This document shows positions 41,082 to 51,783 of a stretch of 64,000 bases of DNA, in pieces; within the stretch, counting starts at the first letter, position 1, and every line of letters begins with the position of its first letter. A program made the translations under genes and the position numbers. This DNA is from Methanobrevibacter sp. GTDB taxonomy: Archaea; Methanobacteriota; Methanobacteria; Methanobacteriales; Methanobacteriaceae. The notes beneath the pieces were generated by a model, which was given only the letters and a program-made list of their open reading frames with translations, searched no databases and was not told the origin of the DNA. The stretch covers positions 12,180-76,179 of the forward strand of contig NZ_JBGUPC010000036.1 in NCBI RefSeq assembly GCF_045130115.1, written 5' to 3'.

Positions 41082-41639
41082 ATGGTGAAATTAACGAATA
41101 ATTTAACTTCGGATGAATTTAAACAATATTATTTTTTAAAGGAGGAACTGAAGGACTTCTGCAGGTCTGAAGGGTTGAAAGTAAGCGGATCCAAACAGGA
41201 ATTGGAAAACAGGATAATCCATTATTTATCAACTGGTGAAGAGTTAAATGAACCCGTTATGAGGCAAAATTCTAACACTCCTTTGTCTGAAATAACTCTT
41301 GATTCAAGATTGGGCGAAAATTTCAAATGCAGCGAGGATAAAAGAGCATTTTTTGAAAAGGAAATAGGCAAGGGGTTCAAGTTCAAGGTTCGGTTCCAAA
41401 AATGGCTTAAAGCGAATCCCGACAAGACATACAGGGATGCAGTTGACGCATACCATGAGATTCAAGGCTCTAACCAAAAAACGGAAATCGGCAAGCAATT
41501 CCAATACAATCAGTATATCAGGGATTTCTTTGAGGATAATGAAGGCAAATCTTTAGATGATGCAATCAGATGCTGGAAGCATAAGAAGTCTCTTAAAGGC
41601 CATAATAGGTATGAAAAAAGCGATTTAGAGGTGTTATAA
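41082..41639 (+). CDS. SAP-like/DUF6434 domain protein
   Basis: F..YY.LKEEL..FCR..GL..SGSK.EL, QFQYNQYIRDFF, AI.CW. Confidence 0.75.
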   Translation: MVKLTNNLTSDEFKQYYFLKEELKDFCRSEGLKVSGSKQELENRIIHYLSTGEELNEPVMRQNSNTPLSEITLDSRLGENFKCSEDKRAFFEKEIGKGFKFKVRFQKWLKANPDKTYRDAVDAYHEIQGSNQKTEIGKQFQYNQYIRDFFEDNEGKSLDDAIRCWKHKKSLKGHNRYEKSDLEVL

Positions 41640-41953
41640 TGAAAAAGGTTAAAATTACGGTCATGAGAAAGGTCAGGCACGATGATTTAATTGAAAAATA
41701 TGAAAATCCACTGGAACATGAATGCGATGTGGATGAAGGTCAGGTATTCATTGCAAACGGATGGGTTAAGCCCGATAATTTCTGTGACAGTGCATGGGAA
41801 AGCCTTTCACCATTTGTAATGGCATTGGCAAATGGAGCCAGCAATTTCTATGACGGTTGGATGAAAAACAAAAAGTCTGCAATGATATCATGCAATGATG
41901 GATTTCGGCCTGTAAGCTTTCTTCTGGAAACTATGGAAGAGGATGCAGACTAG
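41639..41953 (+). CDS. TIGR04076 family protein
   Basis: KITV, GQVF, FCDSAW, ISCNDGFRPVSF. Confidence 0.85.
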   Translation: MKKVKITVMRKVRHDDLIEKYENPLEHECDVDEGQVFIANGWVKPDNFCDSAWESLSPFVMALANGASNFYDGWMKNKKSAMISCNDGFRPVSFLLETMEEDAD

Positions 41954-41968
41954 CCTCACTGGGATATA

Positions 41969-42982
41969 ATGAACGAATTTTCATCTAAATTTTATGATTT
42001 TTTTAAAAAAGAGATAATATTCTTCACATCTTTAATTTTAGCTATAATCTCTTGCTTTTTTATCAGACCTAGTCTTAATTATTTAAATTATATTAATTGG
42101 GATACAATCGTACTGCTGTTTTTTATAATGCTGATTGTTGAGATTCTAAAGAATCTGTCAATTTTTGAGATTCTGGTTCGAAGATTATTGGTTAAGGTTA
42201 AAAACACAAGGGGACTTGTCTTGTTTTTGGTTTTCACATGCTTTTTCAGTTCAATATTCATAACCAATGATGTTTCTTTGATAATATTTGTGCCATTTGC
42301 CATATTGGCCTTAAAGAAAGTCGATAGGCTTGATTTAATTGTTTTTACAGTTTCCATGCAGACCATTGCGGCAAATGTAGGGTGTATGGTGCTTCCTATC
42401 GGGGCGCCCCACAATATCGTGATGTATACGGTATCCAAAATTCCATTTGAATCGTTTTTCCTCTTGCTCCTGCCTTATGTTATTGTATCAGCAGTATTTT
42501 TATTGATATTGTCGTTATTTGTGCCAAATGATAAAATAACTTTGCCAAAATTGAGTGAAGTCGAATTCAATCGGGAAAATTTCTTCAAAAGAGTTTTTAA
42601 GGGCATCGACTATTACCTGCTTTTGACATTCATTGCATTATTTGTCTTGATTGGCAATTTGGAAAACGTCCCATTTTTCAATGCGCTTTTCAGCAGATGG
42701 ATCAGTGGCAATGAGGTTTTAATAGGTATTGTTTCATCACAGGTGATTTCCAATGTTCCAGCAGCAATGTTGTTGAGCGGTTTCAGCAGCAATTACGAAG
42801 CTATCATTATTGGAATCAATATCGGAGGATTTGGAACCCTGATTGCATCTATGGCTAATCTCATTTCATATAAGATTCTTGTTCGTGAGCATGGAGAATT
42901 CAAAATCAGGTATTTTATTATTTTCACAGTATTGAATGTTGTTCTGCTGATTATTCTGTTAGGATTGTATATCCTAGGATGA
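41969..42982 (+). CDS. Ion-transporter superfamily permease (SLC13/ArsB/NhaD/CitMHS-like)
   Basis: FITNDV, AANVG...PIGAPHN, SQVISNVPAA, GG.GTLIASMAN. Confidence 0.85.
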   Translation: MNEFSSKFYDFFKKEIIFFTSLILAIISCFFIRPSLNYLNYINWDTIVLLFFIMLIVEILKNLSIFEILVRRLLVKVKNTRGLVLFLVFTCFFSSIFITNDVSLIIFVPFAILALKKVDRLDLIVFTVSMQTIAANVGCMVLPIGAPHNIVMYTVSKIPFESFFLLLLPYVIVSAVFLLILSLFVPNDKITLPKLSEVEFNRENFFKRVFKGIDYYLLLTFIALFVLIGNLENVPFFNALFSRWISGNEVLIGIVSSQVISNVPAAMLLSGFSSNYEAIIIGINIGGFGTLIASMANLISYKILVREHGEFKIRYFIIFTVLNVVLLIILLGLYILG

Positions 42983-43007
42983 TGCACGGATTTTTCAAGG
43001 AGCAAAA

Positions 43008-43958
43008 TCATTCCACAGCAAAATCAGGGGTGTTTTTCTTTTGATGTGAATACCAGCTTGCATTTTCAATCAGGCACTGTTCCGCAAGATAGATTATCTC
43101 CTCTTCATTTTCCTCTTTTGTCTGTTTAATCTTATGTTCCACCTTTTGATACAGCCAGTACATTCTCAGATGCTCTTCAACTTTGCTTGACAGGGACATC
43201 TTTCCATAGTAGTTTGAAAGGAATATTGTAATTGCAGTGGCGGTTCCAACTCCAATCTTTAATCCTGCACGAACCCAATGTGCAGTTTCCACATCAAAAG
43301 GGGCGTAAAGTATCATTGAAATTTCAAAAATCAATGCTATTACATAGAATAAGATGGTTGCAATCAGTGAAATTCTTTCATAAAATTCATTTTTTTCAAG
43401 TTGTTCCAATGCTCTTTTATGGGCGCCGTCATGGTATTTCATTTGGTCTCTAATCCAGCAGTCTAAAATCGATTCTTTTTTATTTGTTTCTGTTGCGGGT
43501 AATTTTGAGAGAACCTTCTTAACTAAAGGAATGCGTATTTCAGTAAACCATGGTAGGATATCAAGGGCTTTCTTTTCAATCCCTGCTTTTGATAGAAAAT
43601 ATTGAATGCGGAGTGCTTCTGCAAGAACTCGATATTCCAAGTATTTTTCATGAGTTTTTTCTTCGCTAGGCTGTCTGTAAACAAGATATAACAGTATTAT
43701 TAATGCTGTCACAACGAAAATGAGCCAATGCTGTTCAGCGGCTTCATAAAGAAGAAAGAAAAATACAATCGATGGTGCAATAACGGATATGTTGCGAATT
43801 TTTTCATGATGTTTTTCTGCATATTTCAAGCTTAATGCATCTGCCTGTCCGTATAATGTGTCGATTTCAATTAGTGTGGGGTCAGTGATGTCCTCTTCAA
43901 TATGGTATATTTCCTCACACTCGTCTCTTTCTTCATCAAATTCCCTTTTGTAAATCAT
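43008..43958 (-). CDS. Membrane protein with two 2-TM modules (SLATT/DUF4231-like)
   Basis: Two TM pairs each followed by a helix; Y..YR.LAE.LR and E...W signatures. Confidence 0.55.
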   Translation of the reverse strand: MIYKREFDEERDECEEIYHIEEDITDPTLIEIDTLYGQADALSLKYAEKHHEKIRNISVIAPSIVFFFLLYEAAEQHWLIFVVTALIILLYLVYRQPSEEKTHEKYLEYRVLAEALRIQYFLSKAGIEKKALDILPWFTEIRIPLVKKVLSKLPATETNKKESILDCWIRDQMKYHDGAHKRALEQLEKNEFYERISLIATILFYVIALIFEISMILYAPFDVETAHWVRAGLKIGVGTATAITIFLSNYYGKMSLSSKVEEHLRMYWLYQKVEHKIKQTKEENEEEIIYLAEQCLIENASWYSHQKKNTPDFAVE

Positions 43959-43970
43959 AAGTCTCTTTTG

Positions 43971-44372
43971 TTATTCCTTTTCAACTAAATCAGCAACTTT
44001 GTTTGCAATGAAAACGCAGCAATCAACACAAGGGGATTTGTCTTCACCGTTATTTGTTATCTTGCCACACATTACAGTGCCGTATTCATCTTTGAATGTG
44101 TTGAAAATCTCTTTGGCGTTGTCCTTGATTGTTGGTATGTCGTCATTGAGAAGACCATTCGCCATCAGTGCGCCGGTTACCGCACCGCAGGTTCCCTCAT
44201 CGAATGTTCCACCCATTCCGCCGGCAAAACCACAAGCCAATTTTTTCATGTCTCCCTGTGAAATCGGATAATCTGCAGTTTCGCACAGTCCCATCAATGT
44301 TGATTCTGAACAGCTTAGGAATGTTCTGTAGTCCCTGATTTTTTCTTCCAATATTTCCTTGTCAAGTTTCAT
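43971..44372 (-). CDS. C-GCAxxG-C-C family putative redox protein
   Basis: SCSES, GFAGGMG, TCGAVTGA, F...YG...C, CVDC. Confidence 0.88.
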   Translation of the reverse strand: MKLDKEILEEKIRDYRTFLSCSESTLMGLCETADYPISQGDMKKLACGFAGGMGGTFDEGTCGAVTGALMANGLLNDDIPTIKDNAKEIFNTFKDEYGTVMCGKITNNGEDKSPCVDCCVFIANKVADLVEKE

Positions 44373-44450
44373 AATGCAATCTCCATGAATCTGTTAATTA
44401 ATTATATTAATTAAGAATTTTATATAATTATTTGTTAAAAAAATTGTGAG

Positions 44451-45536
44451 TTGATAAAAATTATACATCCAAGACCAAGTCCAATTGCGGCAACTCTTTA
44501 CACATTGAGAGATATGAACGTTGATGTTATTGTCATGCATGGGCCTACCGGCTGTTGCTTTAGAACAGCAAGGCTTTTAGAAGGTGATGGAGTCCGTGTT
44601 GTAACTACCGGAATGTCTGAAAATGATTTTATTTTAGGCGCCGGTGAAAAACTAGTTGATACACTGACTGAAGCATATGATGCATTCAAGCCTAAACTGA
44701 TGGGCATTGCAGGAACCTGTGCAAGCATGATTATTGGTGAGGATTTAAAGGAAGCCATTGCAACTGCAGACTTGCCATGCACTGTCATTCCTGTCGAATC
44801 CCATGGAGGATCAGGTGAAGGCGATAACACTGTTGGGGCAATCATGGCGTTGGATGCTGCCGTTGAAGCGGGTGTAATACCACGTGAAGAGTCAGATAGG
44901 CAAATCGAAATGCTTGAAAAGGCAACTGAAGTTGAAAAGACTAGGGGAATGGCACAAGGAAAATATATTAAACCTAACTTTGGTGATTCAAAGGAATCTA
45001 TAGCAAAAACTGTTGTTAAGGCTCTAAAAGATAATAAAAAAGTCGCTTTTGTTCTTAATGTTAAAAAGGAAACCTCCTATCTGTTTGCAGACATTATCAA
45101 TTTTGATTACGAAAAAATAAATCCCGACAACAAGCCGATTTTTGTAGCAAATCTCGATGAAAACATCGGACTTCCAAGAATCAGGCAGCATGCGGTTAAT
45201 ATTAAAAATCAGCTTGATAATGAACCTGATTTCATAACAGGGGGTCTTGATGAGTATCCGATAACAGCCGATAAGGCTGCTGAATTCCTGAAGGATAAGG
45301 ATTTGGACATGATTGTCGTATTCGGGGTTCCTCATGCATTTCCGATTGAGGATTTTGAAATAGAATCCGTTGCAGTGACTGATGGGCCTCGTTTGGTCGA
45401 GCCTTTAAGGGAATTGGGATACACTCATGTTGTTGCAGAGCTCGATGCACACTCAAAAACTCTTGGAACTGATGAGATAGTATTTTCAGACTTTGGCGGA
45501 ATGATCAGGTCAGCTATTGGGTGGTTGGACGAATGA
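44451..45536 (+). CDS. cfbD: Ni-sirohydrochlorin a,c-diamide reductive cyclase catalytic subunit (coenzyme F430 synthesis)
   Basis: [53 protein letters not shown]. Confidence 0.93.
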   Translation: MIKIIHPRPSPIAATLYTLRDMNVDVIVMHGPTGCCFRTARLLEGDGVRVVTTGMSENDFILGAGEKLVDTLTEAYDAFKPKLMGIAGTCASMIIGEDLKEAIATADLPCTVIPVESHGGSGEGDNTVGAIMALDAAVEAGVIPREESDRQIEMLEKATEVEKTRGMAQGKYIKPNFGDSKESIAKTVVKALKDNKKVAFVLNVKKETSYLFADIINFDYEKINPDNKPIFVANLDENIGLPRIRQHAVNIKNQLDNEPDFITGGLDEYPITADKAAEFLKDKDLDMIVVFGVPHAFPIEDFEIESVAVTDGPRLVEPLRELGYTHVVAELDAHSKTLGTDEIVFSDFGGMIRSAIGWLDE

Positions 45537-46129
45537 TAACTATTATCGATTATAAAAGCGGAAATTTGAAAAGCATTTCCAACGGATTTAAGAAAATAGG
45601 TGCCGAATATCAGATTACTGACGATAAGGAGATAATTGCTGACAGTGACTATCTGGTGTTGCCTGGCGTTGGAGCATTTGGAAGTGCAATGGAGAATTTA
45701 GAACCATTTAAGGATGTTATTTATGAGCATGTTGAGGCAGACAAGCCATTTTTAGGAATATGTCTTGGCCAACAGGTATTGATGGGCTCAAGTGAAGAGT
45801 CTCCGGGCGTTGAAGGTCTGAATTTGTTTAAAGGACATGTTGAAAAATTGCCTGAAGGCGTCAAAATACCTCACATGGGTTGGAATAAGTTAAAAGTCAC
45901 TAATGACTCTCCAATACTTGAGGGTATTGATGGAGAGTATTTCTATTTTGTTCATTCTTATCATGTAATTCCCGATGATGATGAAATCATTGCGGGAACT
46001 TGTGATTATGGAAACAGTGTTGTAGCAAGCTTAAGTCAAAATAATCTGTTTTCAACACAGTTCCATCCGGAAAAAAGCAGCAAAGCAGGATTGAAAATCT
46101 TAAAAAATTTCACTAACTTGGAGATATAA
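45533..46129 (+). CDS. hisH: Imidazole glycerol phosphate synthase glutaminase subunit
   Basis: [37 protein letters not shown]. Confidence 0.97.
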   Translation: MITIIDYKSGNLKSISNGFKKIGAEYQITDDKEIIADSDYLVLPGVGAFGSAMENLEPFKDVIYEHVEADKPFLGICLGQQVLMGSSEESPGVEGLNLFKGHVEKLPEGVKIPHMGWNKLKVTNDSPILEGIDGEYFYFVHSYHVIPDDDEIIAGTCDYGNSVVASLSQNNLFSTQFHPEKSSKAGLKILKNFTNLEI

Positions 46130-46132
46130 ACT

Positions 46133-47497
46133 ATGGATATTGAAGGATTTGTAAGGGCTAGAATTGATGATTACTCATATGATGAATTGGCGGATATTTT
46201 AGCGGTACGCATAAGGGAATATAAAAACATTTCAGAAGACAATTCAGTTGAAATGGCAAAAGCGGTGATTGATGAGGTTTCAACCACCTTGAAACTGAAT
46301 GAAAGCGATGATGAATTTTTAAAGGAAATCGTTGACATCAATGCGTCAGACGTGCTGATGGGCGAGATGGGAGTAGGTTCCCGTGGAGCAGGAGACTTTT
46401 TTGTCCACAGAAAAATCGCAGAAATAGTAGCATCCACAGACACAGCTTCACTTGTAAATCCATCAGAACAGGACGATGGGGGAGTAGTTAAAGCTCCGGT
46501 TGCAAATGATGAAGTATATATTACAACAGCAGTCGACGGAATCCACTCAAGATTAAGTGAATATCCATTCTTAGGTGGTTTTCATGTTACAAGGGCTACT
46601 TTAAGGGATGTCTGTGTTATGGGAGCTGATCCTGTGGCTATCCTAAGCGACGTCCACCTTGCAGATGATGGTGATGTTGCAAAGATTTTTGACTTTACTG
46701 CAGGTGTTGCAGCTGTTTCAGAGCTTGTTGACGTTCCGATTGTTGCTGGCTCCACATTGCGTGTCGGCGGAGACATGGTTTTGGGTGACAGATTTGTTTC
46801 AGCCGTTGGAAGTGTCGGAGTTTCACCATATCCTCCAACCGCAAGAAAAGGCGCAACCGAAGGAGACAAAATTCTTTTGACTGAAGGTTCAGGAGGCGGA
46901 ACAATAACAACTACCGCTTTATACAATGGTTTCTTTGATGTGGTGTGGGATACAATGAACGTTAACTTCGTTCAGGCTTCACATGCGCTTTTCGAATCAG
47001 ACCTCGTGAAGGATGTCCATGCGATGACTGACGTGACAAACGGTGGCCTTAGAGGTGACGCTCATGAGATTTCCAATACGACAGGTGTTGGTCTTGAGTT
47101 TTATGAAAAGGAAATCAGAGACATGGTGGCTCCTAATGTTTTAAATATGCTTGAGACATTGAACATTGACCCATTGGGCGTTTCAACCGATTCACTGATG
47201 CTCATTGTGCCTCCGGAAATTGTCGGCGATATCAAAAAGGCAGTCGGCAAATATGATGTTGCAATATCCGAAATCGGTGAGGTAAACAATTCCGGCGAAC
47301 CGATTCTAATCAAGGAAGACGGTTCAAATGAAAAGCTGGTCCCATTGTTCAGGGAAGCGGCATATACTAAAATCAAAAAACTGGTTGGTGATACAACCCC
47401 TGAAGACTTTGAAGAAATGAAGGAGAAAGTTCAAAAGGCTTCAGATGCCGCAATAGCTAAAAAGGATAAGGTAATTGAATATGTAAGGGGAAATTAA
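46133..47497 (+). CDS. AIR synthase-related (PurM/HypE-like) protein
   Basis: GVGSRG.GDF, DDGGVV, VDGIHSRL, MTDVTNGG.RGD. Confidence 0.85.
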   Translation: MDIEGFVRARIDDYSYDELADILAVRIREYKNISEDNSVEMAKAVIDEVSTTLKLNESDDEFLKEIVDINASDVLMGEMGVGSRGAGDFFVHRKIAEIVASTDTASLVNPSEQDDGGVVKAPVANDEVYITTAVDGIHSRLSEYPFLGGFHVTRATLRDVCVMGADPVAILSDVHLADDGDVAKIFDFTAGVAAVSELVDVPIVAGSTLRVGGDMVLGDRFVSAVGSVGVSPYPPTARKGATEGDKILLTEGSGGGTITTTALYNGFFDVVWDTMNVNFVQASHALFESDLVKDVHAMTDVTNGGLRGDAHEISNTTGVGLEFYEKEIRDMVAPNVLNMLETLNIDPLGVSTDSLMLIVPPEIVGDIKKAVGKYDVAISEIGEVNNSGEPILIKEDGSNEKLVPLFREAAYTKIKKLVGDTTPEDFEEMKEKVQKASDAAIAKKDKVIEYVRGN

Positions 47498-47595
47498 TCT
47501 CCTTTTTCTATTTTTTTTCAGTGATGTGATTTTACACAAAGGCACACCTGCACACTTCAAAATTTTTTATAAATTTCAACATCCAATAATAGGTC

Positions 47596-48033
47596 ATGTT
47601 GGATAACAAGGGATCTTTTTATATAATCGATGCAATTCTTGCAATATTTTTGCTTATAATGGTATTTTTGGTTGTTAATGCGGCAATATCCATGCCTACA
47701 GCTGATTATTCGTACCAAAGTAAGGATATTCGAACTGCACAGGATGTAATGGAACTGTTGAGCGGCAAAATAGATTTTCATGACCAAAGTTTTCTGGGAA
47801 AAATTTCGAATATTCTGGAAGAAGATGAAAATTCAAAGGAATCCATAAGGGAGGTTTCAAAGATTTCCAAAAGCAAGCTGAATTCGTATAACATTAAAAA
47901 TTATCAGTTTAGAGAGAACAATGTTTTGAAAGGTAAAGTTTTAGCATCTAATGGAGACTATAGCAAAGCAGACAATGTTAATGTGGCGGCACGGACATAT
48001 GGCGAGTATTCATATACATTGTCAGTATGGTAA
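47596..48033 (+). CDS. Hypothetical protein with class III (prepilin-like) signal peptide
   Basis: MLDNKG|SFYIIDAILAIFLLIMVFLVV: short charged leader, KG site, hydrophobic helix. Confidence 0.6.
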   Translation: MLDNKGSFYIIDAILAIFLLIMVFLVVNAAISMPTADYSYQSKDIRTAQDVMELLSGKIDFHDQSFLGKISNILEEDENSKESIREVSKISKSKLNSYNIKNYQFRENNVLKGKVLASNGDYSKADNVNVAARTYGEYSYTLSVW

Positions 48034-48043
48034 TTATTGAACC

Positions 48044-48067
48044 TCTCCGGCTTAAAGAAGCCGGAGA
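48044..48067. terminator. Perfect 10-bp stem-loop after the 47596 gene
   Basis: TCTCCGGCTT-AAAG-AAGCCGGAGA. Confidence 0.55.
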
Positions 48068-48132
48068 ATTCTTGCACAATAAAGTTAAATAGTATAAAAA
48101 TTATATAATTAATTGTTATCTTATTTTGTCCT

Positions 48133-48206
48133 GCCCTGGTGGTGTAGTTTGGATAACACATGGGACTGCGGATCCCATTCCCCGGGTTCAAATCCCGGCC
48201 AGGGCA
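48133..48206 (+). tRNA. tRNA-Arg (anticodon GCG)
   Basis: Acceptor GCCCTGG/CCAGGGC, D-arm GTGT..ACAC, anticodon arm TGGGA-CTGCGGA-TCCCA (GCG 48168-70), T-arm CCGGG-TTCAAAT-CCCGG; no intron, CCA not encoded. Confidence 0.97.
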
Positions 48207-48227
48207 CTTATAATTTCCGTGATTATT

Positions 48228-49484
48228 ATGTTAAATGCTAATACTTATGTTACTTCCCAAAAAGGAATTGGGGGAACGATTAGAAACCGATATGAAGATT
48301 TTTATGTTGAAGAAATTCCTGAAGTCATTCCAACCGGTGAAGGTCCGAATATCTACATTTGGATTGAAAAGCTGGGAAGAACCACTTTAGACGTTGTTTT
48401 GGATATTTCAAGGGATTTGCACATCTCAAGAAAAAGAATGGGATTTGCTGGAATGAAAGACAAGAAGGCATTGACCCGTCAGTGGATTTGCATTGCCAAT
48501 ATGGATTCTGAAGAGCAGATGCAACAGGTAAAGGACTTGGACATTTACAAGACTGATTTTTTAAAGGTTGTAAGAGGTCGCAAAAAGCTTAGAATGGGTC
48601 AGCTTAAAGGAAACAAGTTTAAAATATTGATTAAGGATTTGGATGATATACAAAAATCCGCCGACATTGCAAATGAGGTTCTAAAAGAGCTTGAAGCCAA
48701 AGGGGTTCCCAATTACTTCGGATGGCAGAGATTCGGAAAGCCTAGAACAAACACCCATTTGGTTGGAGAGGCATTGATTGAAAATGACCTCAAAAAGGCC
48801 GTTGACAGATATATAGGGGGTCCGTCCGAAGAGGAGCATGAGGAAAACCAGATGGCAAGGCAGGCCTATGATGATGGAAACCTTGAAGAGTCCCTGGAAC
48901 TGATGGGCAAGGGAATGAGATATGAAAAGATGATGATAAGAGAGTTGATTAAGGACTCCAAAAAAGGTGAATTAATCGACAAGTCTTATAAGAATGCATT
49001 ATATGCACTTCCAAAGCCTCTTCAGAGAATGTTTGTTCATGCTTATCAATCATACTTATTTAACGAAGCTGTAAGTAACCGTGTAGCTATGGGAATTGAT
49101 AAATACATTGAAGGAGATATTATCATTGACACAGAAGAGCATATTGTCTATGATAAGACTCCTGAGGAGTACCAGGAATTAATGGATAACTTTGAGGTAA
49201 ATCCTACCTGTCCATTATACGGTACCAAGGTTCCATATGCGGGTGGCGCTGTTGGAGAAATGGAAGAGAATGTTTTAAAAGGATATGGGCTTACTAAGGA
49301 GGATTTTGAAGTTCCAAAAATGCCTCGCTTAGGAAGTCATGGTTTAAGGCGTTCCATGAGATTCCAGGTTTGGGATGCATCAGCAAAGGCAACTGATGAT
49401 GGGGTCTTATGTGAATTCTCAATTAATAAAGGCTCATATGCTACTGCAGTTTTAAGAGAAATCATGAAAATAGATGTAGTTTAG
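48228..49484 (+). CDS. truD: tRNA pseudouridine(13) synthase
   Basis: EDFYVEE, FAGMKDKKALTRQW, L.GN.F, PNYFG.QRFG, HAYQSYLFN, GSYAT.VLRE. Confidence 0.96.
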   Translation: MLNANTYVTSQKGIGGTIRNRYEDFYVEEIPEVIPTGEGPNIYIWIEKLGRTTLDVVLDISRDLHISRKRMGFAGMKDKKALTRQWICIANMDSEEQMQQVKDLDIYKTDFLKVVRGRKKLRMGQLKGNKFKILIKDLDDIQKSADIANEVLKELEAKGVPNYFGWQRFGKPRTNTHLVGEALIENDLKKAVDRYIGGPSEEEHEENQMARQAYDDGNLEESLELMGKGMRYEKMMIRELIKDSKKGELIDKSYKNALYALPKPLQRMFVHAYQSYLFNEAVSNRVAMGIDKYIEGDIIIDTEEHIVYDKTPEEYQELMDNFEVNPTCPLYGTKVPYAGGAVGEMEENVLKGYGLTKEDFEVPKMPRLGSHGLRRSMRFQVWDASAKATDDGVLCEFSINKGSYATAVLREIMKIDVV

Positions 49485-49492
49485 GTGAAAAT

Positions 49493-50164
49493 ATGGTAAT
49501 ATGTCCAGATTGCGGAAAAGAAATAGATCACGGAAAATTTTGCCCAAATTGTGGTGCACTTCTTCCGGAAGTCGAAAATGTTGAAAATAATAATGTTGAT
49601 GAACCTGTTGTTGACGAGGGTGCTGTTGATGTTATTGAAGTTGGAGAACCTGTTGACGAAGAGGTAATTGAGGTTAATACAGTTGATAGTGAAACCGAGC
49701 AGGAACCTAATGCGGGAAGTTCAAAAAAATCAAAGTTTTGCTCTAATTGCGGCTGTGAAGTTGAAGTAGGGACCGCTTTTTGTCCGCAATGTGGTTTTAA
49801 CTTGCGTCAAAATGAACAGCCACAAACAAAATTCTGTCAGTCCTGCGGTGAAAAGATTAACATTAATGCTGAAATATGTCCTCATTGCGGTGTTAGAGTT
49901 GCGGGCATATCTCCAAGTCAGGAAAAAAGTGTTGCTCTTGCAGCAATATTAAGTTTCTTATTCCCTGGTTTAGGCCATTTATATAACGGATTGACCAAAA
50001 AAGGAGTAAGTTTTATAATTGCTTATATCGTTTCTGCAGTTCTTATTTTCCTCCTTATAGGTTTTGTTTTGATGATCCTTGTTTGGATTTGGGCATTGTT
50101 TGATTCTATTAAAACCACTGAAGCCATTAACAGGGGCGAAAATGTTGAAGACAGCTTATTCTAA
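49493..50164 (+). CDS. Zinc-ribbon + TM2 domain membrane protein
   Basis: Six CxxCG motifs (three ribbons), acidic linker, A.ILS.L.PGLGHLY.G TM2 signature. Confidence 0.85.
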   Translation: MVICPDCGKEIDHGKFCPNCGALLPEVENVENNNVDEPVVDEGAVDVIEVGEPVDEEVIEVNTVDSETEQEPNAGSSKKSKFCSNCGCEVEVGTAFCPQCGFNLRQNEQPQTKFCQSCGEKININAEICPHCGVRVAGISPSQEKSVALAAILSFLFPGLGHLYNGLTKKGVSFIIAYIVSAVLIFLLIGFVLMILVWIWALFDSIKTTEAINRGENVEDSLF

Positions 50165-50175
50165 TTGGAATTGAT

Positions 50176-50568
50176 ATGATGATTGGATGTAGAAATATTG
50201 CAAAAGGAAAGGGTAAGGGTGAACTGATAGTTTCATCAGAGCCCATTAGCTTTTTGGGTGGAGTAAATCCCGATAACGGCGAAATAATCGACCCAAATCA
50301 TGAATTGAAAGGTGAAATAATTAAGGATAAGGTTCTTTTTATTCCTGGTGGAAAGGGTTCCACAGTTGGTTCTTATGTAATCTTTCAGATGATGAAGAAC
50401 AATACTGCTCCGAAAGCTATAATATGTTTGAATGCAGAGCCAATCATAGCTACAGGAGCCATAATGTCTGATATTCCAATGGTTGACTCACCGGAGGATA
50501 CTAAAGATTTGACAACCGGAACTTTGGTTGAAGTCGATGGGGATAATGGAACAATAGAAATATTATGA
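50176..50568 (+). CDS. DUF126 / aconitase X small subunit (putative phosphomevalonate dehydratase small subunit)
   Basis: [28 protein letters not shown]. Confidence 0.85.
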   Translation: MMIGCRNIAKGKGKGELIVSSEPISFLGGVNPDNGEIIDPNHELKGEIIKDKVLFIPGGKGSTVGSYVIFQMMKNNTAPKAIICLNAEPIIATGAIMSDIPMVDSPEDTKDLTTGTLVEVDGDNGTIEIL

Positions 50569-50577
50569 TGTGATAAT

Positions 50578-51783
50578 ATGCAAACTCTAATTGAGAATGT
50601 AAACGTTGTAAATCCGTTTGAAGAGGTAAAAACTCATCAAAATGTTTTGATTGAAAATAATCTGATAAAGGAAATTTCATCATCAGGAATTAAGGCAGAC
50701 CATGTTGTTGATGGTGAAGACAATTATCTGATGGCAGGTTTCATAGACTGCCATACACATATTTTCGCAAAGGGATTTCATAAAGAGGAAAATATGGCAA
50801 ATCCATTAGGCATTCATTTCTATAATGCCGTGCCTCATGCATTGCAGACAATCAATGCCGGTGTTACAACAATTAGGGATTGCGGGTCTGCAGATTTAAG
50901 CTTTAAGCTAGCACAACAGAGAAAACTGTTCACTGCTCCAAAAATACACCTGTCAATAACTCCTCTGGTAATGACTGGAGGACACTTTGACTTGTTACTG
51001 CCTTCAGGTTGGGACATGGAGATTATATATCCCGGCTTTCCGAAGGGAAGATGTGATGGTGTGGAGGAAGTCCTGAAAAAGACTCGGGAAGTTAGAAGAG
51101 CAGGTGCAGATTTCATAAAGGTAATGGCAAGTGGGGGAGTATTGACAACAAACACTTCACCGGAATTCCCACAATTCAATAAAAAAGAACTCAAAACAAT
51201 CGTTAATGAAGCCAAATCAAGTAACATGAAAGTATCGGCCCATTGCCATAGTCTAAAAGGTATGAATAATTGTATTGATGCAGGTTTTTCATCAATTGAA
51301 CATGGAACATTCATTGACAGGAAAACCTCTCAAAAGATGGTTGAAAAGAATGTCAGTCTTGTTGCAACGCTGCTGGTTCACCAGTTTTTAGCCAAAAACG
51401 GCTTTCCGGCATGGGACAGCTATGCAGCCGAAAAGACAGCCAAGTTAAAGGAAATAGTCAAGGTTCACAAGGAAAACATATCCGTTGCTTATGAAGAGGG
51501 TGTGAACATTTTAATGGGAACTGACAGCGGAGTAATTCCTCATGGACATAACCTTGAAGAGCTCGTCCATTTGACTGATATTGGAATGTCATCCGATGAG
51601 GCAATTGCTGCAGGAACAGTCAATGCGGCTGAATTTTTAGGATTTGACAATTTGGGACTAGTCAAAGAAAATTATACTGCAGATCTGATTTTGGTCAATT
51701 CAAATCCACTGGATGACGTAAGCGTTTTAAGCAACAATGATAACATCTTAAAAGTTATCCAGGATGGATTTGTGGTAAAATGA
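50578..51783 (+). CDS. Metal-dependent amidohydrolase (prolidase-like)
   Basis: GFIDCHTH, GVTTIRD.G, GADFIK, SAHC, SIEHG, GTDSG. Confidence 0.88.
   Translation: MQTLIENVNVVNPFEEVKTHQNVLIENNLIKEISSSGIKADHVVDGEDNYLMAGFIDCHTHIFAKGFHKEENMANPLGIHFYNAVPHALQTINAGVTTIRDCGSADLSFKLAQQRKLFTAPKIHLSITPLVMTGGHFDLLLPSGWDMEIIYPGFPKGRCDGVEEVLKKTREVRRAGADFIKVMASGGVLTTNTSPEFPQFNKKELKTIVNEAKSSNMKVSAHCHSLKGMNNCIDAGFSSIEHGTFIDRKTSQKMVEKNVSLVATLLVHQFLAKNGFPAWDSYAAEKTAKLKEIVKVHKENISVAYEEGVNILMGTDSGVIPHGHNLEELVHLTDIGMSSDEAIAAGTVNAAEFLGFDNLGLVKENYTADLILVNSNPLDDVSVLSNNDNILKVIQDGFVVK

Noticed and set aside
43971..44372. Possible selenocysteine recoding in the C-GCAxxG-C-C protein
   Set aside because: All motif positions are ordinary Cys codons; no in-frame TGA
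48126..48227. ORF-track N-terminal extension of truD
   Set aside because: It runs through tRNA-Arg; the real start is ATG 48228
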